Shown here one piece after another: positions 33,098 to 37,512 of a stretch of 37,512 nucleotides of DNA. The stretch is taken from positions 1 through 37,512 of the IMG/VR virus record IMGVR_UViG_3300010234_000029; one strand, given 5' to 3'. Source of the stretch: a virus (Duplodnaviria > Caudoviricetes). The stretch's first letter is position 1. Every line of letters starts with the position of its first letter. Position numbers and translations under genes: made by a program. A model generated the notes under the pieces. That model was not told where the DNA came from. It ran no database searches and saw only the letters and a program-made list of their open reading frames with translations.

Positions 33098-35454
33098 ATT
33101 GTTCCAGTTTCTTCTATTACACTTACTCTATTCTGCGTTGAGGTAATATCACTCTCAACTACATAAACTCTTTGCGATTGTGGCACTTGTCTAGCTACTG
33201 ACTCAGCAGCGTTGACGGTTACATTAGCTCTCGATGGTGTTATACCTGTTCTAGATGGTAACTGACCACCATTAGCAAAGGCAATACCACCACCAGCTTG
33301 ATTGATAGCACTCAACTCATCTCTGAACATTGCGCTAGACCTTCTGTTGATAATCACCTCACCACCTTCTGCCTCCATCCTAGTGTTACCTACCATAAAC
33401 GGCACACCGCCATCAGCATGACTAGCACCTTCTATAACGCCACCCGTCTGCGCTGGTAGTACACCACCCCTAGCAAACTGTTTTGCCTCGATAGCGATAA
33501 TGTTAGCGGCAGCACTAATTTCGGCAGCAGCAGCAGCAGCAATTGACGCTGGCCAGGGAACAGTTGCCCAAGCATTACCCACAGCTACCCTACCATTGAT
33601 GAACGCCTGTACTAGCATCAGTTCTTTGTTCTCTTGAAACTGCTTCTTTGCTAGTTGTCTTTCTCTAACCGCTTGTCGTTGGTCTAGCTTATCCTTCTGA
33701 TCGTTGAACTCTGCCTCTGCTATCAGTCCTTTGTCTAGCCTGTTCTGTAGTATAGAAAGCTCAGTGTCATACCTACGCTCTAGGGTAGTGGTTGCAGCAT
33801 CGTTGCGCCTCTGCATTGCTTCTTGCTCTGCTTGGAATATAAGGTCGGACACCTCTTGTACTTGTGCTATTGCACTTATCTTGATGTCTTCTGCTGCTTG
33901 CATCCTTATTTCCTTCTCCTTGTCTAAGCTCTCCTTTACCTTAGATAAGAACTCGTCCTCTGCTGCATCAATAGCCTCTTCTGGAAACAAGTCCTCTGGC
34001 TCTAGGTCATCGAACTCATCGAGTACCGCTTTTACATATTCCTTACCAGCTTCTTCACCTTCTTTTTTGAATACCTCCGTTACCTCTCTAGACAGGTCTT
34101 CTAGTATCTTTATCTCTTCGGCTGCTAACGTCCTCAATTCTCCGTTTCTCTTCTCTCTTAACGACCTGTCTTTAGCTATCAAAGACGCTAACTGCTTGGC
34201 AGACTCTTCTCGTACCCTGTCACGCTCCGCTATTGCCTCTGCTTCCTTTCGTAGGTCTTCATTGGTGGACTCTCCTAGTGCTACCTGTGCCGAAGTGATA
34301 CGAGCCTCTTCCTCTGCGAACTCTAAACGCCTTTTAGTAAGTTCCTCAGTGATTTTTATAGCCTCTTGGTTCAGTCTGATAGCTTCCTCAGTGTTACCCA
34401 ACTCTGCTGCTTCTGCTTTCGTCTTTAGTTCCTCAATCTCTCGGATCAAACGTGCTTCCTCAACGATAAAACCTATTCTACGCTTCTCTAGCTCCTGATA
34501 AGCCTTCTCTAGGTCTCTTGCTGCTGCTGCTTCCTTCTTTATTTCCTCCGTTACACCCTTAAATTGCTCCTTTAATAGGTCAAAACCCTTGCTAAATTCA
34601 CCAGAAAATATCAAAGATAACGCCTCTCCAGTGCCACTAAGACGGTCAATAAGCACGTCAAAGCCAGCAGATATACCCGCCATAGCCTCAGATACCTTGT
34701 CTGCACCCCTCTGCGTCTTGGTGAAAAACGATACTAAACCGCCTAAAGCAAGCAATAAAGCACCTATACCAGTAGCAGCAAGAGCAGCCTTAAAGCCCTT
34801 CATCACTTTTATGCCCGTTCTAGTGGCTAGATTAGCCGTTTTCTGCGCTCCAGCCTGTGCTAAGGTCTGTTTGGTATTTACTTTGATTAAAGGAGCTAAC
34901 GTAGCCTGTATTGACTGCAAGATACCCAACTGTTTGCCGAACACCCCACTAGCACCAGCAGCCTCAAAGATTGCATCCTTATAGTTACCTACATTACGGA
35001 AATTATCACCAATACCCTTGTCGAACTCCTTTAGTTGATCGGTATTGTCTGCAATCTGCTTCTTTAGGTTGTTAGCAGCCTCGTTAGACTCATCGAAAGC
35101 GTTAGGAAGCTCTTTTAACTGCTTTCTCAGCTTGTTAGTCTCTGCTACTAGACCATTGTAAGAGCCTTTTGCAGCTTGGTTAGACTTGGTGTTGAGGTCT
35201 ACATTCCTTTTGGTGCTTCTTAGCTCGTTAGAGAGCTTGATATTCTCTGCTCTGTTCTTACCTACTTCGTTAGTTAGTTTCTTGTATTCTGCAGAACCTT
35301 TTTGATTAGCGTCCTCCAAATCCTTCAATCCCTTCTTCTGGGCTGCAAATTGCTGGTTCAACTGCATCTGAGCTTCGGTCAAGCTGCCTAGCTTCTCTAT
35401 CTGCTCGTCAATGCCTTCAATCTCTATTGTATAACCTTGTACCGTTTCTGCCAT
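33094..35454 (-). CDS. Tail tape measure protein
   Basis: Long coiled coil; RNVGNY; ATGIGALL; C-terminal FARGG...G.SH..GGV...EAEGGE. Confidence 0.9.
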   Translation of the reverse strand: MAETVQGYTIEIEGIDEQIEKLGSLTEAQMQLNQQFAAQKKGLKDLEDANQKGSAEYKKLTNEVGKNRAENIKLSNELRSTKRNVDLNTKSNQAAKGSYNGLVAETNKLRKQLKELPNAFDESNEAANNLKKQIADNTDQLKEFDKGIGDNFRNVGNYKDAIFEAAGASGVFGKQLGILQSIQATLAPLIKVNTKQTLAQAGAQKTANLATRTGIKVMKGFKAALAATGIGALLLALGGLVSFFTKTQRGADKVSEAMAGISAGFDVLIDRLSGTGEALSLIFSGEFSKGFDLLKEQFKGVTEEIKKEAAAARDLEKAYQELEKRRIGFIVEEARLIREIEELKTKAEAAELGNTEEAIRLNQEAIKITEELTKRRLEFAEEEARITSAQVALGESTNEDLRKEAEAIAERDRVREESAKQLASLIAKDRSLREKRNGELRTLAAEEIKILEDLSREVTEVFKKEGEEAGKEYVKAVLDEFDDLEPEDLFPEEAIDAAEDEFLSKVKESLDKEKEIRMQAAEDIKISAIAQVQEVSDLIFQAEQEAMQRRNDAATTTLERRYDTELSILQNRLDKGLIAEAEFNDQKDKLDQRQAVRERQLAKKQFQENKELMLVQAFINGRVAVGNAWATVPWPASIAAAAAAEISAAANIIAIEAKQFARGGVLPAQTGGVIEGASHADGGVPFMVGNTRMEAEGGEVIINRRSSAMFRDELSAINQAGGGIAFANGGQLPSRTGITPSRANVTVNAAESVARQVPQSQRVYVVESDITSTQNRVSVIEETGTI

Positions 35455-35455
35455 A

Positions 35456-37512
35456 TCAATATACTGGCTCTATGCCATATTTAGTTTGTGTAAATACATC
35501 TACTATAGCTCCATTTAGATTTGTTTGCAGTTGCCCACTACCATCAGTCGTGTTAATCTTAACGCTAATAGTCTGTGGTGGTGTGTTTGTCGTGTTTGCT
35601 ACAGGTGTTAGAGGTTGTGACTCTATCCTAGTAAGTAGGCTCACCGTTGTAGTGCTGTCAATAGCTGGGTTATACCCTCTGATAGCTTCTAAAGTACAAT
35701 AGACAGCCTCACCATTGATGTAGATAAGGATAGGTCTTCTAAAGTCTAAGCCCGCTATATCAACAACGTCTAGATTCACGTTACACGTTATAAGCCTACC
35801 TTCGTTTATGATCCTGTAGGTATTACGGTAGTACTTATCAAACAAACCATGAGATTTATCAGTAGTATTATAATATAGGCTGTTATCATTTATCGTTCTC
35901 TCATCTACCGAATACATATAGGCGTAGTCAGTACGAGACCAAGTAGCAATACTAGCGGGGTCGATAGTAAAGTTATCAGGCACATCGTTAGGATAGGGAC
36001 TATTATAGTAAAACCCATCTACAGCATCTACATTCGTCACACCAGCATAGAACAATAGTCTAGGTGCTGTGTCAGTCTCGAAAGGAGGGAACTGATTGTC
36101 TCCTGTAGCATCAAACTCTCTAAACATTTGAGGTATCTGCGTGTTCTGCCAGTTCAAATTCCCCGTTGCTGGCTGCATTAAGGTAGGTGCAAACACTGGA
36201 TTCACATCATTTCGCTCACCTTCTAAGGCAAATTTGCTGTTTACATCGGCTGTATGCTGTGCTAATACGAACCCTTCTTCTTGCTGCTTAACGTACTCAG
36301 AGACGCTAAAATCCTTGTTATCTGACCTATATCGGTAGTTTATCTCTTCTGCATAGCCTTCTCCTAAGTATTCTAGTGTAATAGGCTGCTTTAGGTCTAG
36401 CTTACTAGTCCAATCTTGGGTAGTACCGTTGTAGAACTCATCTCTAGGCTCGATGTAAACCGTCTTAGTGTTTGGATCGGTGTAGAAGTATAGATTAAAG
36501 TTGTGCTTTAAAGCCTTAACCAATTCTAGTTGGTTGATGTCTGGCAACGCTTCGTTAACATCTACCGTATCACCTACCTGACACTCCTTACCATATTCGT
36601 TATACCAATAGCTACCACTATTTAATACTAGGTCGCTGTCTAGGTTGCCACGCTTCATAGGGCAAAGCTCTGCACCAGAACTAGAGACTATGTAATAACT
36701 AAGGCTGTTCTGATTGTAGACGTAGTTTAGTGCTGTGTAGGTATATCGTACATCGACAATATCACCAGCAGAGAAGTCCCTTTCTGCACTCTCTAGTGTT
36801 ACCGAGAAGTCTGCTGTATAGGTCGGCGTCCCTTGTGGGGGAAAGCCGTTAACACCACTCTCTAGAGCAGCATTCAGCACTACCGTCTCTTGTGCTATCC
36901 TACCACCGCTAGTAGCTATGTAGAAGTCTACCTCTATCTGCTCTACCTCTGGCACTTCATATAGACTAGAGTTAGTGTTGATAAGCGTTCCCCAATTAGC
37001 ATTCTGATAGGTGAACGACAGCGTACCGTCTAACTTAGCTGTAAACGACTGTCTAGAGTCTTGTGGTACGGTATAATACGCACCGCCACTGATAGGTAAG
37101 TACTGACCATCCCAAACCGTGTTAACGGGAGTGCCTAGTGTGACATCGTTGTTAGATGTGTTGTAGAATCCACTACTACTATCATCGTTAAACGTTACTC
37201 GCCTTGTAAACATCTCCCACCCTTCAAAACCAGGAGCATTAGGCAAACTACCTAATTGATCGTACCAAGGGTTGCCAGAGTTATAGGTAAAGTTGGTATC
37301 AAATGTATCAGCAGCGTTTAGCCTTACTCTGAATTGATTGTCTGTCTGTGATTGGTCTGCCTGTAATAGCTTAATCCTATTGAAAGGAATGTACAAAGCC
37401 TTAAAGAAATCGCTCTCTACAAACGTAGAACTTACCTTCCACCCTTGATTGTTGTATATTTTATGTAGTATCTCGTACACATTGAACGCTGGCTTTCTAT
37501 CCTTGACCGTTA
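35456..37512 (-). CDS. C-terminal part of the ~868-aa tail tip/hub protein (starts at 605 across the junction)
   Basis: LPDI.Q..L......FNLY...IEPRDEFY....DW..KLD; PRLLFY; in frame with 1..605. Confidence 0.85.
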   Translation of the reverse strand, partial: TVKDRKPAFNVYEILHKIYNNQGWKVSSTFVESDFFKALYIPFNRIKLLQADQSQTDNQFRVRLNAADTFDTNFTYNSGNPWYDQLGSLPNAPGFEGWEMFTRRVTFNDDSSSGFYNTSNNDVTLGTPVNTVWDGQYLPISGGAYYTVPQDSRQSFTAKLDGTLSFTYQNANWGTLINTNSSLYEVPEVEQIEVDFYIATSGGRIAQETVVLNAALESGVNGFPPQGTPTYTADFSVTLESAERDFSAGDIVDVRYTYTALNYVYNQNSLSYYIVSSSGAELCPMKRGNLDSDLVLNSGSYWYNEYGKECQVGDTVDVNEALPDINQLELVKALKHNFNLYFYTDPNTKTVYIEPRDEFYNGTTQDWTSKLDLKQPITLEYLGEGYAEEINYRYRSDNKDFSVSEYVKQQEEGFVLAQHTADVNSKFALEGERNDVNPVFAPTLMQPATGNLNWQNTQIPQMFREFDATGDNQFPPFETDTAPRLLFYAGVTNVDAVDGFYYNSPYPNDVPDNFTIDPASIATWSRTDYAYMYSVDERTINDNSLYYNTTDKSHGLFDKYYRNTYRIINEGRLITCNVNLDVVDIAGLDFRRPILIYINGEAVYCTLEAIRGYNPAIDSTTTVSLLTRIESQPLTPVANTTNTPPQTISVKINTTDGSGQLQTNLNGAIVDVFTQTKYGIEPVY
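37458..37512. repeat. 55-bp direct terminal repeat (copy of 1-55)
   Basis: Exact match. Confidence 0.95.

Noticed and set aside
33704-34984. Long + strand ORFs (264 aa and 131 aa) antisense to the tape measure gene
   Set aside because: Ser/Leu-rich shadow frames of an Ala/Glu/Lys-rich coiled-coil gene; no motifs
37458-37512. Biological direct terminal repeat
   Set aside because: Exactly 55 nt and in the middle of a gene; best explained as an assembler k-mer overlap
1-37512. Stop-codon reassignment (many TAG trinucleotides)
   Set aside because: Genes are full length and tightly coupled under the standard code; TAG is used as a normal stop; no suppressor tRNA seen
1-37512. CRISPR array, tRNA genes, DGR/reverse transcriptase, integrase
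   Set aside because: No regularly spaced repeats, cloverleaf, RT or recombinase motifs found by eye; dedicated scans were not run

Overview
This appears to be a complete, circularly assembled tailed-phage genome. The first and last 55 nt are identical, giving a 37,457-bp unit, and one tail gene spans the junction. TAnnTTTG/TTTG promoter motifs and the gene families point to a Bacteroidota (probably Flavobacteriia) host, and a tape measure with no sheath gene suggests a siphovirus. Almost all genes are on the - strand: terS/terL, tail chaperone (T9 slippery site), tail genes, tape measure, Clp prohead protease, major capsid, tail tube, portal, adaptor, lectin-type fibre genes, GH108 lysis module, and a Rad52/SSB/VRR-NUC replication-recombination module. 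A + strand island lies at 30.3-32.8 kb. No integrase, polymerase or helicase was recognised. The main candidates for new biology are: (1) an IbrA (PAPS-reductase/DUF3440)-EctC cupin-IbrB (ParB)-unknown-standalone DUF3440 cluster, possibly a DNA-modification or small-molecule system; (2) a GIY-YIG-like gene bounded by attC-like hairpins with integron-cassette geometry but no integrase; (3) a ~300-nt multi-helix non-coding region behind a promoter and attenuator; (4) inserted or nested beta domains in capsid and tail proteins. All family assignments come from motif recognition by eye, not database searches.
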